Assembly (NCBI GenBank): GCA_043757265.1
Contig: JAYUQP010000040.1
Coordinates: 142,094-206,093, forward strand
DNA: 64,000 nt
Origin: Bdellovibrionales bacterium
Lineage (GTDB): Bacteria; Bdellovibrionota; Bdellovibrionia; Bdellovibrionales; JAGQZY01
Reading direction: 5' to 3'
Shown here: positions 44,838-54,439 of the stretch, piece after piece
How the letters are laid out: every line of letters starts with the position of its first letter
Numbering within the stretch: the stretch's first letter is position 1
The notes under the pieces: generated by a model
What the model was told of the DNA's origin: nothing
Databases searched by the model: none
The model's input: the letters and a program-made list of their open reading frames with translations, nothing else
Made by a program: the position numbers and the translations under genes

Positions 44838-47800
44838 ATGGCCGTTATCAAAACAGAACTTCGAAAGGTATTATTTGAAAACATAATAGTACCATTTCTA
44901 TCCACCATTGCGTTTGCTGTGCTTGTTTTTGCTACAGTTTATATGATCGGTAACCGCAACGAGTGGGTTACCCACAGTGATCAAGTTTTAATCACCATCG
45001 AAGATGTGGAAAAGAACTTTCTGCTCGCGCAAGCCAACCGCCGTGAAGTTTTTCTGGGCGTGCCTAATGCAAAAAAAGCTTATTTTGACCAGTACGAACG
45101 ACTGCAGGAAAAAATAAAAAACCTAAGTCAGCTTATCTCGCATAACAAACAACAGCAGATGGCCATCGAAAACGTCTTAACCGAGCTTAAAATATGGCAC
45201 AACGCAATCCTCCCAATATTCAGTCAGGCCGAAAATAACCCGCGCCAGGCAATTCAGTATTTCAAAGAAGCGATGGGTAAATTCAATTCAGATTCATTTC
45301 GTGAGGCTGTAAGTCAATTGCGCAAGGAGGAGCAAAATCTTCGGGCCGCTCGAAGCGAGTCTGCGCAAAACACCACAGGAATAATAGTAGTTATATTGTT
45401 ACCCCTGCTGATAGCCATTACAGGAATTACCGTATTCCGTGGTAGAAAATCCATCTTAAAAATATCGGTTCTTTACGAAGAGCAAAGTCAGCGCCTTATT
45501 CAAAAAATGGAGGAAGTGTCTCGACAAAACTGGTTGCAAAACCATGAGGCAGGAATGGCAAAAAGTGCATCTTCGCTGTCAAGTTTAAATGAATTGGGAG
45601 AAAATGTATTGAAATATTGTGTAGAGCATTTTTTCGCCATCGCTGGATCTTTTTATGTGCGACAGGCCGACGACAGTGATGTGTTCGTCTTACTTGGTTC
45701 TGTGGGAATTTCTCAAAGACAAAGCAAAGATGGAATGTTGAATGTTTTTTCTGCAAACGAAACATTCAATGGCTTGTCTATCAAAACCAAAACCATGCAG
45801 AAGCTGGATGTTTCGCAAGCTACTTCAAAGTGGATGATTCGATCTTCTGTACTGGACGTCACTCCACACTCCATAGTTTCTGTACCCCTTTTGTTTTCGG
45901 ACGAGGTATACGCGGTTATCGAGCTGGCCTTTCCACGGGACATCGACGATGAGGTACTTTATTTTTTGCGCCATAATCTCGAGGGGATTGCAAGCCAAAC
46001 GCGAAACCAGTTGTTACTGCAGCAAACCCAAGAGTTGCTCGCCCAGTTGAGTGAAAAGTCCGTGGAGCTCGAACAGCAGCAGGCAGAACTGAAAACCTCC
46101 AATGAGGAACTGGAAGAGCGCGCTCAATTGTTACGCGAAAGCCAACAGGAAGTAGAAACACGAAATCATGAACTAGAAGAAAGCAATGTTCTCCTGGAGG
46201 AGCAGGCCGAAAACTTGGAACGAAAAAACTGGCAACTTGAAGAGTCTAAAAAAGTCCTCAACGAAAATGCCAAGGAGCTTGAAAGAGCTAATAAGTACAA
46301 GTCGCAATTTTTAGCTAATATGTCCCATGAACTTCGTACACCATTAAACAGCACACTTATTTTGGCTCAGCTGCTCGCCGAAAACCGCGACGCTAACCTC
46401 ACTTCTAAACAAGTAGAGTATGCAAAGCAAATTCACCGCTCAGGGAATGACCTTTTAGCTCTCATCAATGATATCTTGGATCTTTCGAAAGTGGAGTCTG
46501 GACACCTGGATTTTGAAGTCAGCACCTTCAACACGACCGAACTGTTAGAGTCGCTACAGGCTAACTTTTCAATTATTGCTGAAAATAAAGGTTTACGTTT
46601 TAACATTTTAGATCGAGCTCACACAACGATCAGTCATGATCGTCTTCGCCTAATGCAGGTGCTTAACAATTTAACGTCCAATGCTATTAAATTTACCGAA
46701 AAAGGCAGCATCACGGTAGAGCTAACAAATCAAGATTCAAGGCACATCACTATTTTGGTGCATGATACAGGGATTGGGATTGAAAAAGAAAATTTGAATC
46801 TTATTTTCGATCCTTTCCGTCAAGCGGATGCAAGTATCACTCGCAAATATGGGGGTACAGGGCTCGGACTTTCGATCACCAAGAAAATTGTCGAATCCAT
46901 GGGCGGGTCCATCAAGGTAAGTTCCACTGTTGACCAGGGAACCCAGTTCGAAGTGTGCCTACCGAAGGATTTAGGCGAGATGCGGTTGCCTGTGAAAGCG
47001 CCGCTCACTTCCACCGTCAGTGCCGCCGACGTCGATCGCGTCGGCGATCGTGACGCCAATTTCTATGACGATCAAGATAACGATCAAACACTTCCCAAAG
47101 TTCTGATCGTCGAGGACGACAAAAATTTTGCGAAGGTTTTGTTTGAGAGCGTGAGTACTGAGGGCTTTAGCTGTTTGGTTGCGCATTCAGCTGAAGAGGC
47201 TTTAAAATTTCTGGCGGGTCAGCCACTTCTTGCCATTTTACTTGATATTCAACTTCCTGATCATAGTGGTTTATTTGTTTTAGAAAATGTACGTCGAAAC
47301 GACGCAACCAAAAAAGTTCCTGTTTTTATCATCTCTGCCTTTGATAGCAGTCTGCTAGGACAAAATGCCGACGATCTCGTGAAGGTTTCAAAGAAGCCTC
47401 TAACCAAAGGCGATTTGGATAAGATCATTAGTGAAATTCAAGATTTTTCTCATCACCTTAAAGGCAAAATTCTTATTGTCGAAGATGACCCTCATCAGGC
47501 GGGCTATCTCAAAGATCATCTATCAGCGTTTCGCACAGAGGTGGACGTTGTTGATTCGGGCAAGAAAGCCTATGAAATTCTAGTTAGCGCCCACAATGTC
47601 GATTGTGTAATTCTGGATTACAAATTGCCCGATTGTATTGGGCTCGATCTTTTACAACGGGTTCATGCAACATTGGGCGCGCCACCCATTCCTCTGGTGA
47701 TTGTGCATACGGCGATGAATCTTTCTCGTGAAGACGAAATGGAACTCAAAAAATATTGTAAATCAATTGTGATTAAAGGACAAAAATCCCTGGCTCGCAT

Positions 47801-48293
47801 AACAAGTGACATTAGCACATTCTTGAAATCTGCCACAGTCAAGCGCGAGGGCACAGCGGGCGATAAAATAGCCGACACGTCGACGGACAATGAATATAAA
47901 AAATCTCTACAAGACATTCAGGTACTCGTGGTCGACGATGATGTCCGCAATGTGTACTCGATGACTGCATTCTTAGAAGAGGCTGGTGGGGTAGTTACGA
48001 TGGCTTCGAACGGTCAGGACGCCATAGAGGTGCTAAAAACAAAAACCGAATTTGATGTGGTTTTGATGGATATTATGATGCCGATGATGGATGGCTACCA
48101 GGCCATTCGAATTATACGCGACAATTTAAACTTTAAAATGTTACCTATCATCGCACTTACCGCGAAAGCAATGCAGGAGGATCGAAAAAAATGTATTGAG
48201 GCAGGTGCAAACGATTACTTAACAAAACCTGTAGATCTCGAAAAACTTATAATGATGATCAAAATGTGGTCGAATCGGGGCGTATGGAACTAG
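44838..48293 (+). CDS. Hybrid sensor histidine kinase: CHASE3 - TM - GAF-like - coiled coil - HisKA/HATPase - three receiver domains
   Basis: 1151 aa. CHASE3-like periplasmic region (WVTHSDQVLITIEDVEKNF), H-box FLANMSHELRTPLNS, G-box GGTGLGLSI, and three REC domains (LLDIQLPDHSG, ILDYKLPDCIG, LMDIMMPMMDG). Confidence 0.9.
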   Translation: MAVIKTELRKVLFENIIVPFLSTIAFAVLVFATVYMIGNRNEWVTHSDQVLITIEDVEKNFLLAQANRREVFLGVPNAKKAYFDQYERLQEKIKNLSQLISHNKQQQMAIENVLTELKIWHNAILPIFSQAENNPRQAIQYFKEAMGKFNSDSFREAVSQLRKEEQNLRAARSESAQNTTGIIVVILLPLLIAITGITVFRGRKSILKISVLYEEQSQRLIQKMEEVSRQNWLQNHEAGMAKSASSLSSLNELGENVLKYCVEHFFAIAGSFYVRQADDSDVFVLLGSVGISQRQSKDGMLNVFSANETFNGLSIKTKTMQKLDVSQATSKWMIRSSVLDVTPHSIVSVPLLFSDEVYAVIELAFPRDIDDEVLYFLRHNLEGIASQTRNQLLLQQTQELLAQLSEKSVELEQQQAELKTSNEELEERAQLLRESQQEVETRNHELEESNVLLEEQAENLERKNWQLEESKKVLNENAKELERANKYKSQFLANMSHELRTPLNSTLILAQLLAENRDANLTSKQVEYAKQIHRSGNDLLALINDILDLSKVESGHLDFEVSTFNTTELLESLQANFSIIAENKGLRFNILDRAHTTISHDRLRLMQVLNNLTSNAIKFTEKGSITVELTNQDSRHITILVHDTGIGIEKENLNLIFDPFRQADASITRKYGGTGLGLSITKKIVESMGGSIKVSSTVDQGTQFEVCLPKDLGEMRLPVKAPLTSTVSAADVDRVGDRDANFYDDQDNDQTLPKVLIVEDDKNFAKVLFESVSTEGFSCLVAHSAEEALKFLAGQPLLAILLDIQLPDHSGLFVLENVRRNDATKKVPVFIISAFDSSLLGQNADDLVKVSKKPLTKGDLDKIISEIQDFSHHLKGKILIVEDDPHQAGYLKDHLSAFRTEVDVVDSGKKAYEILVSAHNVDCVILDYKLPDCIGLDLLQRVHATLGAPPIPLVIVHTAMNLSREDEMELKKYCKSIVIKGQKSLARITSDISTFLKSATVKREGTAGDKIADTSTDNEYKKSLQDIQVLVVDDDVRNVYSMTAFLEEAGGVVTMASNGQDAIEVLKTKTEFDVVLMDIMMPMMDGYQAIRIIRDNLNFKMLPIIALTAKAMQEDRKKCIEAGANDYLTKPVDLEKLIMMIKMWSNRGVWN

Positions 48294-48457
48294 TCAGCAC
48301 CGCATTTAAACCATTTATAAATCGTCTTTTTGAAGTGCACGGGTACGATTTCAGAAATTACAACATGGCCTCACTTTATTTAGAATCTGAGCAAAAGCTA
48401 AATCTATTTCAGCAAGTTATAAAACCAAATTTTTTTGCTAAAGTGAGCTCACGATGA
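48266..48457 (+). pseudogene. Probable remnant of a CheR-type methyltransferase N-terminus
   Basis: FKPFINRLFEVHGYDFRNYNMASL follows the CheR_N pattern (F..l...G.DF..Y....L), but similarity ends where the conserved RR.R.R helix is expected. Only ~60 codons remain, squeezed between two kinase genes. Confidence 0.4.
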
Positions 48458-50067
48458 GTCCTTTTAAAATACTCATCGTGGATGACAAAGAAAGTAATAT
48501 TCTCTCCCTACATGCTTCATTAGAGAGTCCCTTGCTATCCTTTGCAACAGCGACCAGCGGGCAAGAGGCTTTGCAGATACTAGCTAAAACGAACGACGTT
48601 GAACTCGCACTCTTGGACGTGCAAATGCCAGAGATGAATGGATTTGAGCTCGCGAGCTTCATGCGCGGGGTGGAAAAGACTAAACACATTCCAATTATGT
48701 TTTTAACCGCAACCATGCACTCAACGGAATATGAGTTTAAAGGATACGATGTCGGTGCAACTGATATTCTTTTTAAACCAGTCAATGTCCAAATTCTAAA
48801 ATCAAAAATTGATGTTTTCATGCGCTTGAGAGACAAGAGGCTTGCAATACACGAAAAGGTGCTCTTGCTCGAAAAGGTCACACAAGATTTGGCCGAGGCT
48901 CGAGAGATCGCCGAGGAGGCAGATCAAGCCAAATCCGCGTTCCTTGCAAACATGAGTCACGAAATCCGGACGCCGATGTCCTCTATACTGGGCTTCGCAG
49001 ACCTCATCAAACAAAACTTGCAAGACCCTGAACAAACTAAAAGTTACATCAATATTATTATTCGAAACGGAACGCACTTACTCGACATTATCAACGACGT
49101 TTTAGATCTTTCAAAAGTTGAAGCCGGTCAGTTGAATGTAGACATTGCCAATGTGAACTTAAAGAAAATTGTGGAAGAAGTGATTCTTTTCCTTAGCGGC
49201 TTTGCAAGGTCGAACAATGTCACCATGACCATTGGGCCATACTTCGACGACAGCTTGTTTGTAAAGGCAGATGCCACTCGATTGAGACAAGTTCTTATCA
49301 ACCTCATAGGCAATTCAATCAAATTTTCAAAAGATGGAAAAGTTTTTCTTGATTGCGAAGTTTTTCAAGATGAGCTTGAGATCACCATCAAAGATACGGG
49401 CATTGGTATACCTCTATGTAAACAAAAAAATCTATTTGTGCCATTTAACCAACTCACTGAATACAATTCCGAGATCACCATGCGGGGCACTGGACTTGGT
49501 CTATGTCTTTCCAAAAAGCTAATGCAGAATATGAAAGGCGATATTTATTTGGATCGTTCGGCACCAGATGACGGGACCACGTTTAAATTGAAAATCGCAT
49601 TGGGTGATGCGAACGAAGCCGAATTCTCTCCGATTTTTCTAAAAAATAAATTTATCGGAAAAAATTGCTTAAAAGACATCAAGATATTTGTCGTCGACGA
49701 TTCTAAAGACAATCAGATGCTACTACAGATCATGCTGGAAAAATATGGAGCAAGCGTAGATTTTGCTGATAACGGCCAGCAAGCTATTGAACGTTTGCAA
49801 GCGGCAGACTTCGACATCATTCTTATGGATTACAAAATGCCTGTGATGGATGGTTTCGAAGCGACCAAAAAAATTAGAAAAATGGGAAACAAACTCCCCA
49901 TCATTTTACTTACGGCCAACGCAATGAAAGGGGAACGAGAAAAATCTCTTCGAGCCGGAGCTAATGCGTATATTTCAAAGCCGATCGACTGGTCCGCTCT
50001 AATCAGCTCCATCTTGCAACTCATTGAATGCTCAAATGATCATGTAAAAGATGAAAGGACGATTTAA
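48454..50067 (+). CDS. Hybrid kinase: receiver - HisKA/HATPase - receiver
   Basis: 537 aa. REC (ALLDVQMPEMNG), H-box FLANMSHEIRTPMSS, GTGLGLCLS, and a C-terminal REC (ILMDYKMPVMDG...KP). Confidence 0.9.
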   Translation: MSPFKILIVDDKESNILSLHASLESPLLSFATATSGQEALQILAKTNDVELALLDVQMPEMNGFELASFMRGVEKTKHIPIMFLTATMHSTEYEFKGYDVGATDILFKPVNVQILKSKIDVFMRLRDKRLAIHEKVLLLEKVTQDLAEAREIAEEADQAKSAFLANMSHEIRTPMSSILGFADLIKQNLQDPEQTKSYINIIIRNGTHLLDIINDVLDLSKVEAGQLNVDIANVNLKKIVEEVILFLSGFARSNNVTMTIGPYFDDSLFVKADATRLRQVLINLIGNSIKFSKDGKVFLDCEVFQDELEITIKDTGIGIPLCKQKNLFVPFNQLTEYNSEITMRGTGLGLCLSKKLMQNMKGDIYLDRSAPDDGTTFKLKIALGDANEAEFSPIFLKNKFIGKNCLKDIKIFVVDDSKDNQMLLQIMLEKYGASVDFADNGQQAIERLQAADFDIILMDYKMPVMDGFEATKKIRKMGNKLPIILLTANAMKGEREKSLRAGANAYISKPIDWSALISSILQLIECSNDHVKDERTI

Positions 50068-50354
50068 TTTTTGAGAGAGATTTTTTTCTCGGCCGATTTT
50101 AGCCAAGTTTCAAATTGACCTACCAAATCACTTCCCTGCGACGCAAGATCTTCACACTTCAGGTCTTCCATTTGGGAAGCAAGAGGTACAAGCTCATCGA
50201 AACCAAAGCTCGTCGCATTTCCAACCAGCTGATGTCCAATCCGGTTGAACTCTTTTACGCTGTTTTCAGCTAAGCTCGCCTGGAGAGTTTCAACATCTTT
50301 GGATCTGCGCTGCAAATACGTCAGTATCACTTCTATTGGTAATTCCGTGTCCAT
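50064..50354 (-). CDS. Histidine phosphotransfer (Hpt) domain protein
   Basis: The 143-aa track ORF is trimmed to ATG 50354 (96 aa). Hpt motif EFNRIGHQLVGNATSFGFDEL. Its 3' end overlaps the convergent kinase stop by 4 nt. Confidence 0.7.
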   Translation of the reverse strand: MDTELPIEVILTYLQRRSKDVETLQASLAENSVKEFNRIGHQLVGNATSFGFDELVPLASQMEDLKCEDLASQGSDLVGQFETWLKSAEKKISLKN

Positions 50355-50503
50355 AAAAAGACGGTAGCATAACGCCTTTTTGAAATCCACATTTTTTGCC
50401 ACCAGCATATTTTTTGGGCAATAAAATATTCCCATAATTTTGGCGACTCGTACATTAATTGAACGTGTTGTGGGCTCAAAATAAATATACGTCATCTGAT
50501 ACT

Positions 50504-50519
50504 TGGCCCACGTCTTGCG
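50504..50519 (+). promoter_or_regulatory. Sigma-54 (-24/-12) promoter candidate of the receiver gene
   Basis: TGGCCCACGTCTTGCG (TGGC-N7-TTGC). The -12 GC is about 60 nt upstream of ATG 50579. Confidence 0.6.
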
Positions 50520-50578
50520 ATAATGGTTGGTAGCAACGCCATTCAGATTTTAAAGGCCGCCTAAATAGGGAGAACAAG

Positions 50579-51028
50579 ATGAGCACTTACAAAAAAAAGG
50601 TATTAATCATTGAAGACGACAAAGATATGGCCGCGGTTATCAAATATCGTATTGAATCCTACGGAGGATCGCACTGCGACCTTGTGAGCGACCCCTACGA
50701 GGCTCTCAATCTGCTAAGTGATTCCGCTTACGACATGGTTCTAGTTGATCAAAAATTGCCGGGTATGCTCGGTTCGAGCGTGCTTAGCCAAGTAGATAAA
50801 TTTATCGACTTAGATCCGACGCTTGCAGAACTCAATCGCTTTAGTCACAAGATACCTGTTGTTTTAATGTCTGGAGCACCGATCAAGCTAAGCAGTCATT
50901 ACAGTTTGAAACATTTTAATATTGAAAAAATCCTCGATAAAAAAACGGAACTGGCTTCTTTTTTAAGAACCGCCTTTGGTTCTAAATCTATCGAGTCCAA
51001 ACCGATGGATATTGGCGCTATAGCTTAA
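50579..51028 (+). CDS. Stand-alone response-regulator receiver protein (atypical, with insert)
   Basis: 149 aa. VLIIEDDKDM and MVLVDQKLPGMLG. It shares the D.FI..D insert and PVVLMS block with 40402..40851. Confidence 0.75.
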   Translation: MSTYKKKVLIIEDDKDMAAVIKYRIESYGGSHCDLVSDPYEALNLLSDSAYDMVLVDQKLPGMLGSSVLSQVDKFIDLDPTLAELNRFSHKIPVVLMSGAPIKLSSHYSLKHFNIEKILDKKTELASFLRTAFGSKSIESKPMDIGAIA

Positions 51029-51060
51029 AGCACTATTAAAATTTAACAAGGAGGAGAAAC

Positions 51061-51201
51061 ATGTACCAGAACCTAACAAAGCTATCGATTGTCAAAAAGC
51101 TAATAAATAACCAAGAAGGAAAAGTTGGGTATTTAGTAGCGTGGATGCTTGGTGTACCGGCATCACTCTTATTCATAATATTTTTAGTACGCGGTGGGTA
51201 A
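51061..51201 (+). CDS. 46-aa small membrane protein (below the ORF-track size cutoff)
   Basis: ATG sits 6 nt after aaggaggag. MYQNLTKLSIVKKLINNQEGKVGYLVAWMLGVPASLLFIIFLVRGG has one TM helix. Confidence 0.4.
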   Translation: MYQNLTKLSIVKKLINNQEGKVGYLVAWMLGVPASLLFIIFLVRGG

Positions 51202-51268
51202 GAAAGTTTTAAGAGTAAAAAAAGATTTTATTAATTTTAATAAGCAGTGAAACATAAAGGAGAAAAAG

Positions 51269-51553
51269 ATGAATAAAGATATGGTAAAAGGCAAATGGCT
51301 TGAAATTAAAGGTGAAGTCCAAAAAGCTTGGGGAAAGCTAACCAATGATGAGCTCGATAAAACCGAAGGCGACATGAAAGCTGTAGCTGGACTCATTCAG
51401 CAAAAGTACGGCGAAACAAAAGACAGTTTTCAAGGACAACTTGACGGAATTTACGAGCGTTTTATTTCTAAAAAAGATGGCGTCGTTGATAGCGTAAAAG
51501 ACAACTTGCGAACCGACAGTTCAAACACGTCGAATGTATCTGGGGTTTATTAG
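51269..51553 (+). CDS. CsbD/YjbJ-family general stress protein
   Basis: MNKDMVKGKWLEIKGEVQKAWGKLTNDELDKTEGDMKAVAGLIQQKYGETKD is colinear with E. coli YjbJ. RBS aaaggag. Confidence 0.85.
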   Translation: MNKDMVKGKWLEIKGEVQKAWGKLTNDELDKTEGDMKAVAGLIQQKYGETKDSFQGQLDGIYERFISKKDGVVDSVKDNLRTDSSNTSNVSGVY

Positions 51554-51639
51554 AACTTGAACTCATTTTCGTCACGATATTTGAACTTAATTTAATGTAA
51601 TTTGGATAGGCAAAAAACAACGCATAAAATGGAGCAATT

Positions 51640-51981
51640 ATGAATACAACAAACACGAATACAACAAATAGTGCACTCAACGGAGCAAGTAAAACAGCTA
51701 AGGATTTTTCAAATGCGGCAAGTGGAATCGAAAGTAAAGTCGAAAGCAAAATGGGTTACGGCTCTGAATTTAATAAGCTGAGCGAACAAGCTGGAAAGCA
51801 TGTTGGAACTGTTGCTTCGCAAGTAAAAGCAACTGCTGACAAATACATGGCTAACGGTCGCGAGTATGTTGAGCGTGGACAAGAGTATGTGAAAACGAAT
51901 CCCGAAACAAGCATTGTTGCTGCTTTAGGCATTGGCGCTGTGATCGGCGCACTCATTACCTACGCCCTTCGCAGGAAATAA
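51640..51981 (+). CDS. DUF883 (ElaB/YqjD-like) membrane-anchored stress protein
   Basis: 113 aa. Helical N-terminal part and the C-terminal anchor NPETSIVAALGIGAVIGALITYALRRK, as in ElaB/YqjD. Confidence 0.7.
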   Translation: MNTTNTNTTNSALNGASKTAKDFSNAASGIESKVESKMGYGSEFNKLSEQAGKHVGTVASQVKATADKYMANGREYVERGQEYVKTNPETSIVAALGIGAVIGALITYALRRK

Positions 51982-52003
51982 TTTTTATACCTCTTTTAAC
52001 TAT

Positions 52004-52040
52004 GGCCTTCTTTCATTATAGAAAGAGGGCTTTGTATTTT
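52004..52040 (+). terminator. Rho-independent terminator
   Basis: ggccttctttc-attata-gaaagagggc followed by tttgtatttt. Confidence 0.6.
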
Positions 52041-52057
52041 AGAGAAAAGGAGTCTTT

Positions 52058-52267
52058 ATGAAACGGATTTTTTATAAACTGAAAGAATTCTGGCTGAAGA
52101 GTCTATTTTACATTCGTTGTCGAATTCATAATTTGTTGTTTAATAGATCGTTGAAGAGTAAAGATTGCTTAAATTTAGCTCGAAGAAGCGATGTCTCGGG
52201 AAATTATGATCTTGATGGAGCTTCTTTCGACGGAAATCAAATATATATAAACGGAAAATTAATTTAA
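52058..52267 (+). CDS. Hypothetical 69-aa protein
   Basis: Good RBS (aaaaggag, 7 nt spacing) but no recognisable family. Confidence 0.35.
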   Translation: MKRIFYKLKEFWLKSLFYIRCRIHNLLFNRSLKSKDCLNLARRSDVSGNYDLDGASFDGNQIYINGKLI

Positions 52268-52295
52268 TTTTTATAAATACATAGAAAGGATTAAA

Positions 52296-52886
52296 ATGAA
52301 AACTCATTTTAAACAACTAATTGGCCTGTTTTTGTCATGCTCATTGCTCTCTTTTGTAGCAGTGGCCGACGATACGGACTATTCTGCGGGATCAGTGATA
52401 TCCGAACCACGAGCTGTGGGTGCCGACAGCGAATTGAAACCACACTTCGGACTTCTGCTCGGGCTTTCTAACCCTGAAGGTTCTTATTCATCAGGCGCAG
52501 AGTATGGCCTCAGCGTAGGGTATCAGTTCTACATTCCGTACTCGCTGGTTTTCGAACTTTCGACGACTGGTAACGATGCGGCTAGTGATTCCGCTGATCT
52601 ACGACGGACTAAGGCAATAGCACAATTATCCTACAACTTCGCGGGTAACATCCCAGTTATCTCTCACTCGTATGTAGGGTTAGGTATTGGTCCAATGCTT
52701 GAGTCGTTCCGCGATGACGATGAAGTGGTATTGGGCGTAATGCCGGTAATTGGTTTTGATATTCCGATTGGAAGTGAGAAGTCTGGTAAACATTTTTCAC
52801 TAGGCGGGAACGCCCGTTATTTGGTCAGTTCAAGTGGACTTCCCAATGTGTTTTCAACCAATGTAGCTGCAAAATACTGGTTTTAA
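52296..52886 (+). CDS. Outer-membrane beta-barrel protein (porin-family/OMP_b-brl)
   Basis: 196 aa. Signal peptide LIGLFLSCSLLSFVAVA, alternating strands and a terminal AAKYWF. Confidence 0.7.
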   Translation: MKTHFKQLIGLFLSCSLLSFVAVADDTDYSAGSVISEPRAVGADSELKPHFGLLLGLSNPEGSYSSGAEYGLSVGYQFYIPYSLVFELSTTGNDAASDSADLRRTKAIAQLSYNFAGNIPVISHSYVGLGIGPMLESFRDDDEVVLGVMPVIGFDIPIGSEKSGKHFSLGGNARYLVSSSGLPNVFSTNVAAKYWF

Positions 52887-52899
52887 CGGTTTTAGGTTA

Positions 52900-53880
52900 A
52901 TGGCGTATCCGTTGACGACGATCTATGCAAAACGAACACGGGAAGAACTGCCATGGCAGTTCTTCTTTTTTTTAATGTTCATCTTCCTCCTCCTCCTGCC
53001 ATTGCAAAGTTTTGCAATTGGTACTATCGGTACAATTGGATCGGAGCAAACCCCGCCACAGACCGTGCTAAAAGACGAGCTCATGCCTGGAAGTGAATCC
53101 TTAAATAAACCGCTCAAAAATCGCTATTCATTTTTTCTGCACAAACGAAATTATTTATTACCCGTGAGCTATAACTGGCATCCCAACAACGATCTTTACA
53201 GTGCAGTGGCACCGTACAGAGATACCGACTCGCCATTTTACGGAAAAACCGAGGCTGAATTCCAAATCAGTTTTTTCGCGCCGCTCGTTGAGGACGTTTT
53301 TTTTGAAAATTTCGATTTACTGTTAGGCTACACCCATCATGCCTGGTGGCAATTGTACAACGCATCGTGGTCTAAGCCATTCCGCGAGACGAACTACGCA
53401 CCCGAACTCTTTTTTAGAAAATCGATCGAGATCCCAAATGGGAGTGAAAGAAAGTTTATGTTCGTTGATTTAGGCTACAACCATGAATCTAACGGGCAGT
53501 TCGAATCTTTGTCGCGAAGTTGGAACCGCATATTTTTGCGCAGCCATTACAGTGCGGAAAAATTCTTAGTTGTGTTGTCCGCATGGCACCGTCTTCCCGA
53601 ACCCAATGAAGAGGATGAAAACCCTGGAATTCAGGAATATTACGGCTACGGCGACCTCGCAGTATTTTACGCCTTAGGTAAGCACACCTTTGATTTTAAA
53701 ATGCCTTTTTCAAAAAGTCCTGGAGTGGAATTTGGCTATTCTTTTCCTATTAAAGATTTCTACCGATTTTATGTTAACTATAAGTCGGGCTACGGGCATT
53801 CGTTGATCGAGTACAACAGATCCATCGAACGCGTTGGAATTGGCATTACGCTCGAAGGAAGCATGGATCGTCGTCATTAA
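52900..53880 (+). CDS. pldA: Outer-membrane phospholipase A1
   Basis: LGYNHESNGQFESLSRSWNRIF matches the OMPLA catalytic His-Ser block (E. coli NHDSNG...SRSWNR). Confidence 0.85.
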   Translation: MAYPLTTIYAKRTREELPWQFFFFLMFIFLLLLPLQSFAIGTIGTIGSEQTPPQTVLKDELMPGSESLNKPLKNRYSFFLHKRNYLLPVSYNWHPNNDLYSAVAPYRDTDSPFYGKTEAEFQISFFAPLVEDVFFENFDLLLGYTHHAWWQLYNASWSKPFRETNYAPELFFRKSIEIPNGSERKFMFVDLGYNHESNGQFESLSRSWNRIFLRSHYSAEKFLVVLSAWHRLPEPNEEDENPGIQEYYGYGDLAVFYALGKHTFDFKMPFSKSPGVEFGYSFPIKDFYRFYVNYKSGYGHSLIEYNRSIERVGIGITLEGSMDRRH

Positions 53881-53981
53881 AAAAAATATTAATGTGTGGA
53901 AAAAGCGGACGACGCCTCGAGTGCTCGAGTAAAATATATCCTTCTCGTCAAATTGTATTCCATCAAAAGTGAGTTCCAGAA

Positions 53982-53997
53982 CGGCACACGAATTGCT
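53982..53997 (+). promoter_or_regulatory. Near-consensus sigma-54 promoter candidate
   Basis: CGGCACACGAATTGCT has GG and GC at correct spacing; only the first T is replaced. It lies 114 nt upstream of ATG 54111. Confidence 0.4.
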
Positions 53998-54110
53998 CTT
54001 ATTAATGTTGATTCTGGAATGAAGTATTGCGATAGAAGCCAAGGCTTCATGGCCTTAGCCTAAAGAGATGAATTTCCAGAATGAAAAAATTTTTAACCTA
54101 AGGAGTCATT

Positions 54111-54338
54111 ATGAAAAAGCAGAATCCGTACAATCAACAAGATGATACCAGACTAGCTGGCCCGGGATCAAAACAAGATCCGAAAACTAAAGAGTTTGAA
54201 AAGTCCAATAACCGAAACGAAGACATCGGCTATGACGAAGAAGAAGATGGCATTGAAAGCGATCCTGCTCGTTCCAATGAAGATGCGCCTCGGAGCGATG
54301 ATTCTAAGGTGCAAAAAGATAGACATTCAAAAATGTAG
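54111..54338 (+). CDS. Small highly charged (hydrophilin-like) protein
   Basis: 75 aa, D/E/K/N-rich with no hydrophobic core. RBS taaggag. Confidence 0.5.
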   Translation: MKKQNPYNQQDDTRLAGPGSKQDPKTKEFEKSNNRNEDIGYDEEEDGIESDPARSNEDAPRSDDSKVQKDRHSKM

Positions 54339-54343
54339 TAGCC

Positions 54344-54392
54344 GGAAAAGGATGGCCAGCGCTGCCTTTTATGCTTGGCCATTCCTTTTTTC
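54344..54392 (+). terminator. Rho-independent terminator
   Basis: aaaaggatggcca ... tggccattcctttttt, a long stem with A/U-tract pairing. Confidence 0.6.
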
Positions 54393-54439
54393 ATAGAATA
54401 TTTAACAGAATTAACAGGATAACAAAGGAAGGAGATCAG

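Noticed and set aside
53710-54042. Minus-strand 110-aa ORF overlapping the pldA 3' end
   Set aside because: It has no RBS and no family resemblance. It overlaps pldA and the intergenic promoter region of the next plus-strand gene.
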